A stretch of 64,000 bases of DNA from contig JAKCBQ010000004.1 in NCBI GenBank assembly GCA_021839245.1, forward strand, positions 41,851-105,850. Reading direction: 5' to 3'. Both the position numbers and the translations under genes were made by a program. Below are positions 9,394 through 18,624 of the stretch, piece by piece. Under the pieces are notes generated by a model. That model was not told the DNA's origin, searched no databases, and saw nothing but the letters and a program-made list of their open reading frames with translations. Numbering within the stretch: the stretch's first letter is position 1; the number at the start of each line of letters is the position of its first letter. The stretch is from Pseudomonadota bacterium (GTDB lineage Bacteria > Pseudomonadota > Gammaproteobacteria > JAKAQQ01).

Positions 9394-10659
9394 TCAGGCC
9401 ACCGATTGACCGTGTGTGCAGCCCCCCGTGGGCGCTGCACCGAGTCCCAGACGTTCATGGAGTGCCCGAAGCGCACGTTCCGCTTCGGTCTCGTCGACCG
9501 TAACCGAAAGGCGGATCTCGGCCGTGGCCGCCATGCGCACGGCCACCCCCTCCTCGGCCAGAATGGCGAAAAGACGTGCGGACACCTCGGGGTGAGACCG
9601 GAGTCCCAGGCCGACGAGCGAGATCTTCGCCACGCTCGGGCAACCCGACACGCTCTCCGCGCCCTCCGCACCGGCACGATCGCGAACGAGCGCTTGCGCG
9701 CGGGCGTAGTCCGCCCGGGACACGGTGAACGAGAGATCGATCCGGCCGTCGCGTGCCACGTTCTGGACGATCATATCGAGACAGATCCCGTGCGCGGCGA
9801 GGGGAGCCAGAAGGCGGGAGGTGACCGGGCGGCGGGCGGGGAGACCGAGCACGCTGATCTCCGCTTCCTGGGAGCTCAAGGCGAGGCCGGCCAGTACGAG
9901 TCCCTCGACCCCCTCCCCGACGTCCCCCACCCGGGTCCCCTCCCCACTGCGGAAACTCGACAACACCTTGAGCGGCAAGCGATGGCGGCCGGCGATCTCA
10001 ACCGAACGAATGTGCAGAACCTTCGCGCCCGAGCCGGCCATCTCGATCATTTCCTCGTAGCTCAGCGTCTCTCGTCTCGAAGGCAGGGGCACCACCCGGG
10101 GGTCGGCGCTGTACACACCGTCGACATCGGTGTAGATCTGGCATTCCGCGGCGCCGAGGACCGCCGCGAGGGCCACGGCCGTCGTGTCCGAGCCGCCGCG
10201 TCCGAGGGTCGTCCAGCGGCCGGCGGCCGTGGCCCCCTGGAAGCCACAAACGACCGGGACCCGACCGGCGGCGAGATCGGCGGCGAGGAGCCCGCAATCG
10301 ATATCGCGGATGCGGGCCCGTCCGGGGGCTTCGTCGGTCAGGATCCCAAGCTGGAGCGCATTGTAGGAACAGGCCTCGACGCCTCGGGCCCGAAGAGCGA
10401 TGGAGAGAAGGGCGGCGTTGGCCATCTCCCCGGTGACGAGGAGAGCGTCGAGTTCCTCGAGGGAGGGCTCGGGGCTCACGGCGCGTGCGCTCTCGAGAAG
10501 CCGGTCGGTGGTCCCAGCCGGGGCCGAAACAACGACGACGAGATCGTGGTCGACCGCCGCGGCGGCGATGCGTTCGGCCACGATGCGGACACGCTCGGGG
10601 TCGGCGAGGGAGGTTCCGCCGTACTTCTGGACGACGAGCGGCCGCTCAGGCGACGTCAC
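9394..10659 (-). CDS. lysC: Aspartate kinase
   Basis: VQKYGGTS, TTLGRGGSDTTA, YTDVDGVYSADPR; two ACT domains. Confidence 0.93.
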   Translation of the reverse strand: MTSPERPLVVQKYGGTSLADPERVRIVAERIAAAAVDHDLVVVVSAPAGTTDRLLESARAVSPEPSLEELDALLVTGEMANAALLSIALRARGVEACSYNALQLGILTDEAPGRARIRDIDCGLLAADLAAGRVPVVCGFQGATAAGRWTTLGRGGSDTTAVALAAVLGAAECQIYTDVDGVYSADPRVVPLPSRRETLSYEEMIEMAGSGAKVLHIRSVEIAGRHRLPLKVLSSFRSGEGTRVGDVGEGVEGLVLAGLALSSQEAEISVLGLPARRPVTSRLLAPLAAHGICLDMIVQNVARDGRIDLSFTVSRADYARAQALVRDRAGAEGAESVSGCPSVAKISLVGLGLRSHPEVSARLFAILAEEGVAVRMAATAEIRLSVTVDETEAERALRALHERLGLGAAPTGGCTHGQSVA

Positions 10660-13252
10660 GAAGGCGCTCCTCGACCCAGCGGGGAACAGCGGCAAGAACA
10701 TGCTCGAGCGCTCCGGGGTCGCCTCCGCCGGCCTCGGCGAAATCGTCACGCCCCCCGCCGCGGGCGCCGGCGAGAGGACCGACAGCCGCGAGAAGGGCGC
10801 GGGCCGAGAGGCCGTGCGGAGCGTGCGGGGTCACGGCCGCCAGAAGGCGCAGACGGCCGTCGACGATGCTGGCCAAGAGGACCACTGCGGGATTCCCGAG
10901 ACGCGCACGCAGCCGATCCGCCGCCTCGCGGAGCGCGGCGGGCGCCACACCGTCCAGGGGGGCGGCGAGCACGCTCACGCCGCCCACCTGGACCCGGCGG
11001 GCGAGAAGATCGGCGCCGCCTCCTTCAAGAAGTCGCCGTTCGAGTTCGGCGATGCGCCGCTCCTGTGCCCGCAACTCCGCTTGAAGCTTCTCAAGCCTCT
11101 GGGGGAGATCCGCCACCGGAACGTCGAGGCGGTGGGCGGCGTCGAGCAAAAGCGCCTCGCGTTCGTCCGCCCAGCGAAGCGCCGCGAGGCCCGCCACCGC
11201 CTCGAGCCGACGAACACCGGCGGCAAGCGGTCCTTCGCTCGTGATCTTGAAGCCGCCGATCTCGCCCGTGCGGGCGACGTGGGTGCCGCCGCAAAGTTCG
11301 AGCGACACGTCCCCGAAGCCGACCATGCGCACCTGATCACCGTATTTTTCACCGAAAAAGGCCAGAGCCCCCCTCTTCTGCGCTTCGGTCAAGGGGACAA
11401 GAGCCACCTGCGCGGGAAGATCGGCGAGAATGGCGCGCACGACGTCTTCTTCCACACGCGCGCGCTCCTCACGACCGAGCGGGTGCGGGGCGGCAAAATC
11501 GAATCGCAGGCGATCGGGCGCCACAAGAGACCCGCGCTGCTGGACCTGTTCGCCGAGCACCCGTCGTAGCGCGGCGTGGACGAGGTGCGTGGCGCTGTGA
11601 TGACGGACGAGGGCGCGGCGACGCTCGTCGTCGACCAGGGCACGCACGCGGTCACCGCGTCGTATCACCCCTTCGACCCGCCCCCAATGAAGAATCGCCT
11701 CACCCCGTCGCTGGGTGTCGTGCACACGGAGCCGACCCGCCGGAGCGTGGAGCACTCCCCGGTCACCCACCTGGCCGCCGCCCTCGGGATAAAAGGGCGT
11801 GCGGTCGAGAACGACCGCGCCTTCCTCGCCGTCCACGAGCTCCACCGCCGGCCCACGACCGTTCTCGAGAGCGAGGACGGTCCCCTCGTCCGTGAGGGTT
11901 TCGTAGCCCGAAAAATGGCTCTTCTGACCTTCACGGTCGACGCGATCGGCGCGGAAAGAGGAGGCGCGGCGGGCCCGTTCGCGCTGTTCGCCGAGAGCTT
12001 TCTCGAACCCCTCGACGTCGACCGTCCAACCCCGCTCGCGCAGCACGTCCTGCGTCAGATCAAGCGGAAACCCGTAGGTGTCGGAAAGGCGGAAAGCCAC
12101 CTGCCCGGGAAGCACCCGCCCCGGCGTGCGCTCGAGCTCGGCTTCGAGGAGGGCAAGCCCTTCACGGAGCGTCAGACGAAAACGCTCTTCCTCGGCCCGC
12201 AGACAGGCCCGCACCGTCGCCTCGGCGGCGGAGAGGGCGGGGTCGGTCTCGCCCATGAGCGCCACCACGGTCGGAACGAGAGCCTCCAGGAAGGGTTGGT
12301 CGGCACCGAGCTTGACCCCGTGACGGACGGCGCGCCGAAGGATCCGGCGCAGAACGTAGCCCCGCCCTTCGTTGCCCGGAAGCACGCCGTCGGTCACGAG
12401 AAACGTGGCGGCACGGACGTGATCGGCAATGACGCGAAGCGACGGCTGCCCCTCGTCACGCACGCCCACCGCCACTGCCGCCGCCGAGACGAGCGCACGA
12501 AACAGATCCGTCTCGTAGTTCGAGACGACCCCCTGCATGACGGCGGCGATGCGCTCGAGGCCCATCCCGGTATCGACGCAGCGACGCGGCAGCGGCGTGA
12601 GAGTCCCCGCCGCATCGCGCTCGTACTGCATGAACACGATGTTCCAGATCTCGACGTAGCGGTCTCCCTCGACACCCGAACCCGGAGGCCCGCCCGGCAC
12701 GGACGCTCCGTGGTCGTAGAAAATTTCGGTCGAGGGGCCGCAGGGTCCGGTCTCGCCCATCGCCCAGAAGTTGTCGTCGCCGGCGATGGCCACGACGCGC
12801 TCGGCGGGAACACCGATCTCCTCGCGCCAGAGCCGCGCGCTCTCAGGATCGTCCGCGTGCACCGTCACCCAGAGACGCTCGGGGGAAAGCTTGAGAACCC
12901 CCACGAGATAATCCCAGGCCAAGCGGATCGCCTCGGGCTTGAAGTAATCGCCAAAACTGAAATTGCCGAGCATCTCGAAGAGCGTGTGGTGACGCGCGGT
13001 GTAGCCCACGTTGTCAAGATCATTGTGTTTCCCGCCGGCCCTAAGGCAACGCTGTACCGAGACCGCCCGCACGTAAGGGCGGGCCTCGCGCCCGAGAAAG
13101 ACGTCCTTGAATTGCACCATGCCCGCGTTCACGAACAGAAGCGAGGGGTCGCGTTGCGGCACGAGTGAACTTGAGGGCACCACCGTGTGATCGTGCGCGG
13201 CAAAATAGTCGAGGAAGCTCTGGCGCAACGCGCCGGTGGTTTGAGGGGGCAT
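10646..13252 (-). CDS. alaS: Alanine--tRNA ligase
   Basis: LFVNAGMVQFK, HHTLFEMLGNFSFGDYFK, DTGMGLER, HSATH, ELCGGTH. Confidence 0.98.
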   Translation of the reverse strand: MPPQTTGALRQSFLDYFAAHDHTVVPSSSLVPQRDPSLLFVNAGMVQFKDVFLGREARPYVRAVSVQRCLRAGGKHNDLDNVGYTARHHTLFEMLGNFSFGDYFKPEAIRLAWDYLVGVLKLSPERLWVTVHADDPESARLWREEIGVPAERVVAIAGDDNFWAMGETGPCGPSTEIFYDHGASVPGGPPGSGVEGDRYVEIWNIVFMQYERDAAGTLTPLPRRCVDTGMGLERIAAVMQGVVSNYETDLFRALVSAAAVAVGVRDEGQPSLRVIADHVRAATFLVTDGVLPGNEGRGYVLRRILRRAVRHGVKLGADQPFLEALVPTVVALMGETDPALSAAEATVRACLRAEEERFRLTLREGLALLEAELERTPGRVLPGQVAFRLSDTYGFPLDLTQDVLRERGWTVDVEGFEKALGEQRERARRASSFRADRVDREGQKSHFSGYETLTDEGTVLALENGRGPAVELVDGEEGAVVLDRTPFYPEGGGQVGDRGVLHAPAGRLRVHDTQRRGEAILHWGRVEGVIRRGDRVRALVDDERRRALVRHHSATHLVHAALRRVLGEQVQQRGSLVAPDRLRFDFAAPHPLGREERARVEEDVVRAILADLPAQVALVPLTEAQKRGALAFFGEKYGDQVRMVGFGDVSLELCGGTHVARTGEIGGFKITSEGPLAAGVRRLEAVAGLAALRWADEREALLLDAAHRLDVPVADLPQRLEKLQAELRAQERRIAELERRLLEGGGADLLARRVQVGGVSVLAAPLDGVAPAALREAADRLRARLGNPAVVLLASIVDGRLRLLAAVTPHAPHGLSARALLAAVGPLAGARGGGRDDFAEAGGGDPGALEHVLAAVPRWVEERLRDVA

Positions 13253-13652
13253 CTCGCGGGCGGTCCTCGCACGGGCGTCCCGTCCGGACGCGACGGTTTA
13301 TTGTCCCCCAAATCTCTTCGTTTCGCGCCGTCGGCCCCCACGTCTTGGCGCAAGGGTGAGCACTCCCCGCCGGGAGACAGAACGTCGAACCCCCACGCCG
13401 GCCTCCCGCCGGGCCTCGCCACGCAAACCGGTCCGTCGGCCGGACCCCGGAAGGGATCCCGCCCGGATCGGGGATGCCCCCGCGAGCAGGCGACTCCAGA
13501 AGCCCTTCCCAAGGAGGATCCACGACGAAACCAGACGCCTGACGGATATGACGCCCGGCTGGACTGTGACCGGACGCCGCTGACGGCAGCCGAAGCCCGA
13601 CCCCTCGCAAATCACAGAGAGCACGGCTGCGGCCTTGCCGCGCCTGGAAAAG

Positions 13653-14558
13653 TCAGAGAGGCCGGTGAAGCAGCACGAAGAACGACACGATGGCCAGCTG
13701 CGCAAGAGGGTAATAGCTGGCACGGTCGAACAGTTTTGCGGCCGCCCGGCTGTCGTGCCCACGAACCAGCCTCAACGCGGGCAGCACAAGCAGGAACACC
13801 CCCGCCGCGGCGCTGCTCACCCGATACAACGTGCCAAGCCTGAGCGGCGACATCCACGGCAGGAACATGCTCAGAACGAGAGTCAGCGTGATGGTTACCG
13901 CCACCAGGGTCCCGGCGACCCGAAGACCCCAGACGACAGGAATAGTTTGCGCACCGACGCGTTTATCTTCTTCGACATCGTTCCAGTCCGCGGGAATATT
14001 CTGGCCCCCGATTTCCCAGCACATAAGCCACGCCAGAAGCAAAAGCAGCAGTGGCAGCGGGGGGTGGGCCCGGACCACGAAAACCGCGGCCAGTGGACCG
14101 GCCGACTTGACCAAACCACTGACCAGCGTTCGCCAGTAGGTCAACTTGAGAAGAACGCAGTAGATCACTTCGAGCCCGGCGGCGGCAACCACGACGAGCA
14201 CGAGAACCGGTCGGAGCAGAAAGGCTCCGACGAGTGTCAGGGTGAACCAGAATACGAACCAGGCGACAGCGTCGCGCATGCTGAGCAAGCCCTGCGCCAA
14301 CGGGTGACGCATCCCGGTGGCTTCCACCGCGTAACCCGCATTGATGTCGCCGCCGGCAAACTTCGCCCGGTCGACCTTGGCCCCGACGAGATCGTTGAGC
14401 GCATAGACGGCGATATAGCCCGACGCTGCGGTCAACAGCGAAAGCAGGAGCAACCGCCACGAGGGGAGATGCCCGAGCCAGAGCAGGGCGACAAAGCCCG
14501 GCATCGCCACATCCAAGATCGCGTGCTTCAGTCGTGAGAGCGCCAAGAATTGCCGCAC
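13653..14558 (-). CDS. UbiA-family prenyltransferase
   Basis: Asp-rich motifs NDLVGAKVD and DWNDVEEDKRVG; RHPLAQGLLS; about 8-9 TM segments. Confidence 0.85.
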   Translation of the reverse strand: MRQFLALSRLKHAILDVAMPGFVALLWLGHLPSWRLLLLSLLTAASGYIAVYALNDLVGAKVDRAKFAGGDINAGYAVEATGMRHPLAQGLLSMRDAVAWFVFWFTLTLVGAFLLRPVLVLVVVAAAGLEVIYCVLLKLTYWRTLVSGLVKSAGPLAAVFVVRAHPPLPLLLLLLAWLMCWEIGGQNIPADWNDVEEDKRVGAQTIPVVWGLRVAGTLVAVTITLTLVLSMFLPWMSPLRLGTLYRVSSAAAGVFLLVLPALRLVRGHDSRAAAKLFDRASYYPLAQLAIVSFFVLLHRPL

Positions 14559-14561
14559 CGA

Positions 14562-15275
14562 TCATGCCGCTCTTTTGATAAAGAAGATCATGTAGTTGAC
14601 GTCTTCCTTGTCGTTCTCCAGCCGGAACCTCTTCGTCAAAGGGTTGTACATCAAGCTTGCACTGCCCGTGGGTTCGAGGCCTTGAGCACGCGCCCAACTC
14701 CGAAGTTCCTCCGGACGAATCAGTTTTTGGTAGTGGTGTGTGCCGCGGGGGAGCAGCCCGAGCACGTACTCACCGGCAAGGATGGCAAACAGAAAAGACT
14801 TGGCCGTACGATTGATGGTGGAGAAAAAAGCCGCACCACCGGGCCGGAGAGCCCGCGCCACAGCGGCAATCACCGCCCGCGGTTCGGGCACGTGCTCCAG
14901 CATTTCCATGCATGTCACAGCGTCATAACTCCCGGCTTCTTCTTGGGCAACCTGCTCCACGCTCGAGCAGCGGTAATCGATCGCGAGACCGTGCATCTCG
15001 GCATGCCGACGCGCGGCTTTCAACGCCTTCTGCGACAGATCGATGGCGGTCACACGCACGCCGGATCGGGCCAGGCTTTCGGCGAGAATTCCCCCGCCGC
15101 ACCCCACATCCAAGACCCTCGTCGGAGGACCGCTGACCCTCTGAAGAACAAACCGTGAACGCAGGGGGTTGATGACGTGCAGCATGCGCATCTCGCCATG
15201 AGGATCCCACCAGGTCTGCGCAAGACGATCAAACTTCTCAACCTCTTCATGATCTACATTCACAGGCCGGTTCAT
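14562..15275 (-). CDS. ubiG: UbiG-like SAM-dependent O-methyltransferase
   Basis: NVDHEEVEKF…WWDPHGE..MLHVINPLR, VLDVGCGGGIL, CMEMLEHVP, FSTINRT. Confidence 0.85.
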   Translation of the reverse strand: MNRPVNVDHEEVEKFDRLAQTWWDPHGEMRMLHVINPLRSRFVLQRVSGPPTRVLDVGCGGGILAESLARSGVRVTAIDLSQKALKAARRHAEMHGLAIDYRCSSVEQVAQEEAGSYDAVTCMEMLEHVPEPRAVIAAVARALRPGGAAFFSTINRTAKSFLFAILAGEYVLGLLPRGTHHYQKLIRPEELRSWARAQGLEPTGSASLMYNPLTKRFRLENDKEDVNYMIFFIKRAA

Positions 15276-16401
15276 ACCCCGGATTCCTCCACTTCTCGAG
15301 CTCCTCGACGGAACGTTCGATCTCCCGCCGGGATATATCGTTGAGAAAAACGCAATGACCAAGGGGATTCGGCATCGGAACGCTCTGGTGGCCGTTTCGG
15401 TGCTCGACACGATCAAGAAGCGATCGCCACATGAGCTCGGGATCCAGTAAAGCCCCATCAAGTGCGATCCCCAGCGTGTCTATCAGGCGGAAGATCCGAT
15501 CGGTTTCGCTCACGGAGATTAGATGTCTTCTCTGCGCGATCAGAACCGAGACGACGATATCCAAAAGCACGGCCTCGCCGTGCAGCAGATGGTCTTCATG
15601 ACGAGCCTCAAGCCCGTAGCAGAAGGTGTGGCCGAAGTCCATCGTGCGCATGAGGTTGCTTTCGAACAGATCCGGCTCAAGCTCCTCGAGGATGCCGGAG
15701 ATGGCACGACGGAGAATCGCTTCCCCTGTATCGTTTTGAAAGCGGGCGTCGATGCTCTCGGAACCATGTATCTCGAGCAGATGGAACAGATGCGCGTCTT
15801 TGATAATGGCCAGCTTGATGATTTCGCAAACACCGTTCAGGATGTGAGAGTGAGGGAGCGTGTTCAGGAACCCTCGATCCAGCAAGACCCGCAAGGGAGG
15901 TTCGAAGCTCCCCAGACGATTCTTGTGACCGTTGAAGTTGATTCCGTTTTTGATGCCTACCGCGGCGTCGACATATCCCATGAGGGTGGTGGGCACCTTG
16001 ACATGAGGAACACCACGGCGGTAGCTGCTGGCGACGTAGCCGACGACATCGGTCAGAACGCCACCGCCGATCGCGATGATCGGCTCGTCTCTACGGTGGA
16101 TGGGAAACGCGTCAAGCTCGCGCAGGAGATCAAGATAGCGATCGAACGTCTTGCCGGCTTCACCAGCAGTAAAAAGGACAATCTTGGCGTCGATTCCCCG
16201 ATGAGCGAAATAGGACGATATCTCCTCGCCGTGATGCCGCGCAACTTGGCGATCCAACACCACGAACCGTCGCCCCCCCTCGAGCCGGCCGGGCAAAAGG
16301 AGCGCCGTATTTTCGGGCGAAAAGAGGCTGGAACATTCAGTGATGTCGTAGGCCAGCGTCCGGTGGTGGCGGACGCACCAGTGAGCGGGCTCGCGGGTCA
16401 T
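15247..16401 (-). CDS. Sedoheptulose 7-phosphate cyclase (2-epi-5-epi-valiolone synthase-like, DHQS superfamily)
   Basis: IGGGVLTDVVG, YRRGVPHVKVPTTL, KNRLGSF, LEELEPDLFE, DFGHTF, LLHGEAV. Confidence 0.85.
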   Translation of the reverse strand: MTREPAHWCVRHHRTLAYDITECSSLFSPENTALLLPGRLEGGRRFVVLDRQVARHHGEEISSYFAHRGIDAKIVLFTAGEAGKTFDRYLDLLRELDAFPIHRRDEPIIAIGGGVLTDVVGYVASSYRRGVPHVKVPTTLMGYVDAAVGIKNGINFNGHKNRLGSFEPPLRVLLDRGFLNTLPHSHILNGVCEIIKLAIIKDAHLFHLLEIHGSESIDARFQNDTGEAILRRAISGILEELEPDLFESNLMRTMDFGHTFCYGLEARHEDHLLHGEAVLLDIVVSVLIAQRRHLISVSETDRIFRLIDTLGIALDGALLDPELMWRSLLDRVEHRNGHQSVPMPNPLGHCVFLNDISRREIERSVEELEKWRNPGYEPACECRS

Positions 16402-16925
16402 ACAGAAATCAGCCAGGCGGATCTGCGCTCAAGAATCTCGACCGCGAGTCTCCGTGCCCGTTCCAGACTGTGGCTGCGGTAATCACCGCACTGATCGATG
16501 CGCGCATAAGGCACCGCCGTCGCTTCGCGAATGCCCTTCAGGATTTCTTCCAGGGCCATGCAGATTTTGTCGGCGCGCCCTTCATTCAAAAAAACGAGGT
16601 AAAAGCCGGTCCGACAACCCATGACACCGACGGAAACAAAATGTGCCGCAAGATGCCGCCGAAAACCTTCGAGGAGGAAATGCTCGAGGGAGTGCAGTTC
16701 CACGCCCGTCAGGCGGCGTCCGGTGTTCGGGCGCCGAACGCGCAGGTCGATGCTATAGACCGCATCACCGTTCGCGCCCACGCTGATAGACCGCAGCTTG
16801 ACGCTTGGGGCTTTGAGCAAACGGTGATCAATCTCCCCGACGGTTTCGGGGTCCCAACCAAGTTCAGCGATCCCGATCGTGTCCGATCGATCAGGCCCAG
16901 ACGTAGCGCCCACAACAGTACGCAA
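16398..16925 (-). CDS. luxS: LuxS-like S-ribosylhomocysteine lyase
   Basis: IDHRLLKAPSV, DLRVRRPN, LHSLEH, MGCRTGFY, QCGDYRSHSL; AGGAGGGG RBS before TTG 16925. Confidence 0.85.
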   Translation of the reverse strand: MRTVVGATSGPDRSDTIGIAELGWDPETVGEIDHRLLKAPSVKLRSISVGANGDAVYSIDLRVRRPNTGRRLTGVELHSLEHFLLEGFRRHLAAHFVSVGVMGCRTGFYLVFLNEGRADKICMALEEILKGIREATAVPYARIDQCGDYRSHSLERARRLAVEILERRSAWLISV

Positions 16926-16935
16926 CGATCCCCTC

Positions 16936-18180
16936 CTACACGTTGATGTACGGCGCCAAACGCCGATAGCTTTCAAGCAGGGCGCTTTCCCATAATGCGT
17001 TATGGTGGTAGAGCTCAATCGTGGCGTAGCCCGAAAAGCCGTGACACGCCAGCGCGTTGAAGCTCGCGGCAAAATCCAGTGTGCCTTCTCCAGGGATCTC
17101 GTGAAAATGTGTGATGCCCGTGCGTGTGTTGGCAACCCTCTTGCGAATACGTGGCGGGTTTTTCACACCGCGCAAATAAGCAATCACGGGCTTGGCCCGC
17201 TCCAACACCTCGTAGCTCAACCCTGGGACGGAAATCAGATAGGTCCAAATCTCGTCGTCGAAATCGGACGAGCCCGCGTACAAACTCGGGTAATCGATAT
17301 ACTCCGGTGATTTGTCAACACCGGCACGGTCGAGCAGCACGTCGATGCGACGCCGCCGGCGCAGATCTGGACTGGCATCGCAAAAGTAAAGTGGGTGCCG
17401 ACGGTCGACGAGGAGATAATCGGCGTTGTCCGGGAAATAAATCAGTTTCGCTGCCGCATCAAGATCAAAGGTGACATCTTCGGCATCATTTTCAATCTTG
17501 AGGTTATATCCACGCTCTGCATCCGAGACGTGCAGATAACGTGCCCACGGAGCCGCTTCGGACAGGGATCTGATGTAGTCCGTCTCGGAACAGTAAGCGT
17601 GGCACAGATCCACATGCAGACCGAAGCGGGGCGAACCCACCTCCTTGATCAGCGACAGGCCCTGCTCAAGCGTTTCTATGAACATCCCCGGTTCAGGTTC
17701 GATCAACAGCGTAATGTTCTCGTCGTCGTGAAGATCGCGCAGGCATTCCTGGACACCCTCGATCAGAAGAGTGCGCGGGTTAACCGACGGGCTCCTCGCA
17801 TGCTCGTCACGGAGAAAGCCACTTCCAAAAGTGACGAAGGGCGCACCCAGATGACGGGCGGCGCGGATACCGCGTTTGATGAGATCAATGCGCCGCTTGC
17901 GGCCCGCCAGGTCAAGCGCGAGCAGCGACGGTTCGTGCGGCCGGGAAGGCGTAAAGAAATACGAGGCCGTTGCAACACACGCCGTCTCGAGACGAGCCTC
18001 CTGCAGGTGATGTTTTAGCTCCACAAAATCTTCGTCGCTCGCATCGAACGGATCAAGTTGGCGGCGGTGGAAGGCCATTTCGATCCCTGTGTAGCCAGCT
18101 TTCCCGACTACGTCAATAGCGCTCAGAAGATCCAGATCGGTCAACCCGAAAGTGCTGTAGCTCAGCCGAATTCCCCTCAT
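16936..18180 (-). CDS. Xylose-isomerase-like TIM-barrel sugar phosphate isomerase/epimerase with large insertion
   Basis: GYTGIE, IEPEPG, HVDLCH, LHVSD, HEIPGEGTLDF, GFSGYATIELY metal-site motifs; start may lie up to 18285. Confidence 0.8.
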   Translation of the reverse strand: MRGIRLSYSTFGLTDLDLLSAIDVVGKAGYTGIEMAFHRRQLDPFDASDEDFVELKHHLQEARLETACVATASYFFTPSRPHEPSLLALDLAGRKRRIDLIKRGIRAARHLGAPFVTFGSGFLRDEHARSPSVNPRTLLIEGVQECLRDLHDDENITLLIEPEPGMFIETLEQGLSLIKEVGSPRFGLHVDLCHAYCSETDYIRSLSEAAPWARYLHVSDAERGYNLKIENDAEDVTFDLDAAAKLIYFPDNADYLLVDRRHPLYFCDASPDLRRRRRIDVLLDRAGVDKSPEYIDYPSLYAGSSDFDDEIWTYLISVPGLSYEVLERAKPVIAYLRGVKNPPRIRKRVANTRTGITHFHEIPGEGTLDFAASFNALACHGFSGYATIELYHHNALWESALLESYRRLAPYINV

Positions 18181-18610
18181 GGCCGTGAATCCATGCAAAT
18201 GCCGTCCGGAGATCCGACCCCGCTTGCCTTGGACATCACGACCCGGATCTCGTGCGGCACAAGAGACACGTGAAAACAAGGACAATCGGTGGTGGGTTGA
18301 GGCGTCAACACCGCGCCGACGTCACGGGAACGACGCCCGCATACCCAAGCCTCTCGGGGAATCATTGAGCACCAGCCCTTGAGTGATGAAACAGGGCGCC
18401 GAACGCCGTCTTCACAGATGAACTCTTGTCAACCCGACTGTTCTTCGCCCATACACTCACGCGGCCACCCCTTCATCAGGCCAACTTTGACGTGGGGTGG
18501 TTCAGTATATCCGCGTTTGAAGTACGGCGAAGACTCACGATCCAGCCGAAGACTTTTTTATTTTTCCAAAAATGAAATGGCTCTTGATTTGATATTTGTG
18601 AGATTTATTC

Positions 18611-18624
18611 TTGATATACATCAA
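18611..18624. promoter_or_regulatory. FNR/Anr-type box
   Basis: Exact TTGAT-ATAC-ATCAA in an AT-rich patch upstream of the cyclase operon. Confidence 0.65.

Noticed and set aside
9406-13168. Long + strand ORFs (612, 389, 530 aa) opposite lysC/alaS, and similar ones at 42638-45118, 53491-55308 and 57085-59274
   Set aside because: Antisense shadow ORFs typical of high-GC coding DNA; no recognisable motifs, and the opposite strand holds clear genes
13653-15275. Treating UbiA/UbiG as the ordinary ubiquinone genes
   Set aside because: UbiA lacks the canonical proteobacterial RLDKPIG-type N-terminus and the genes sit in an inserted operon with a cyclase; not fully excluded without the rest of the genome
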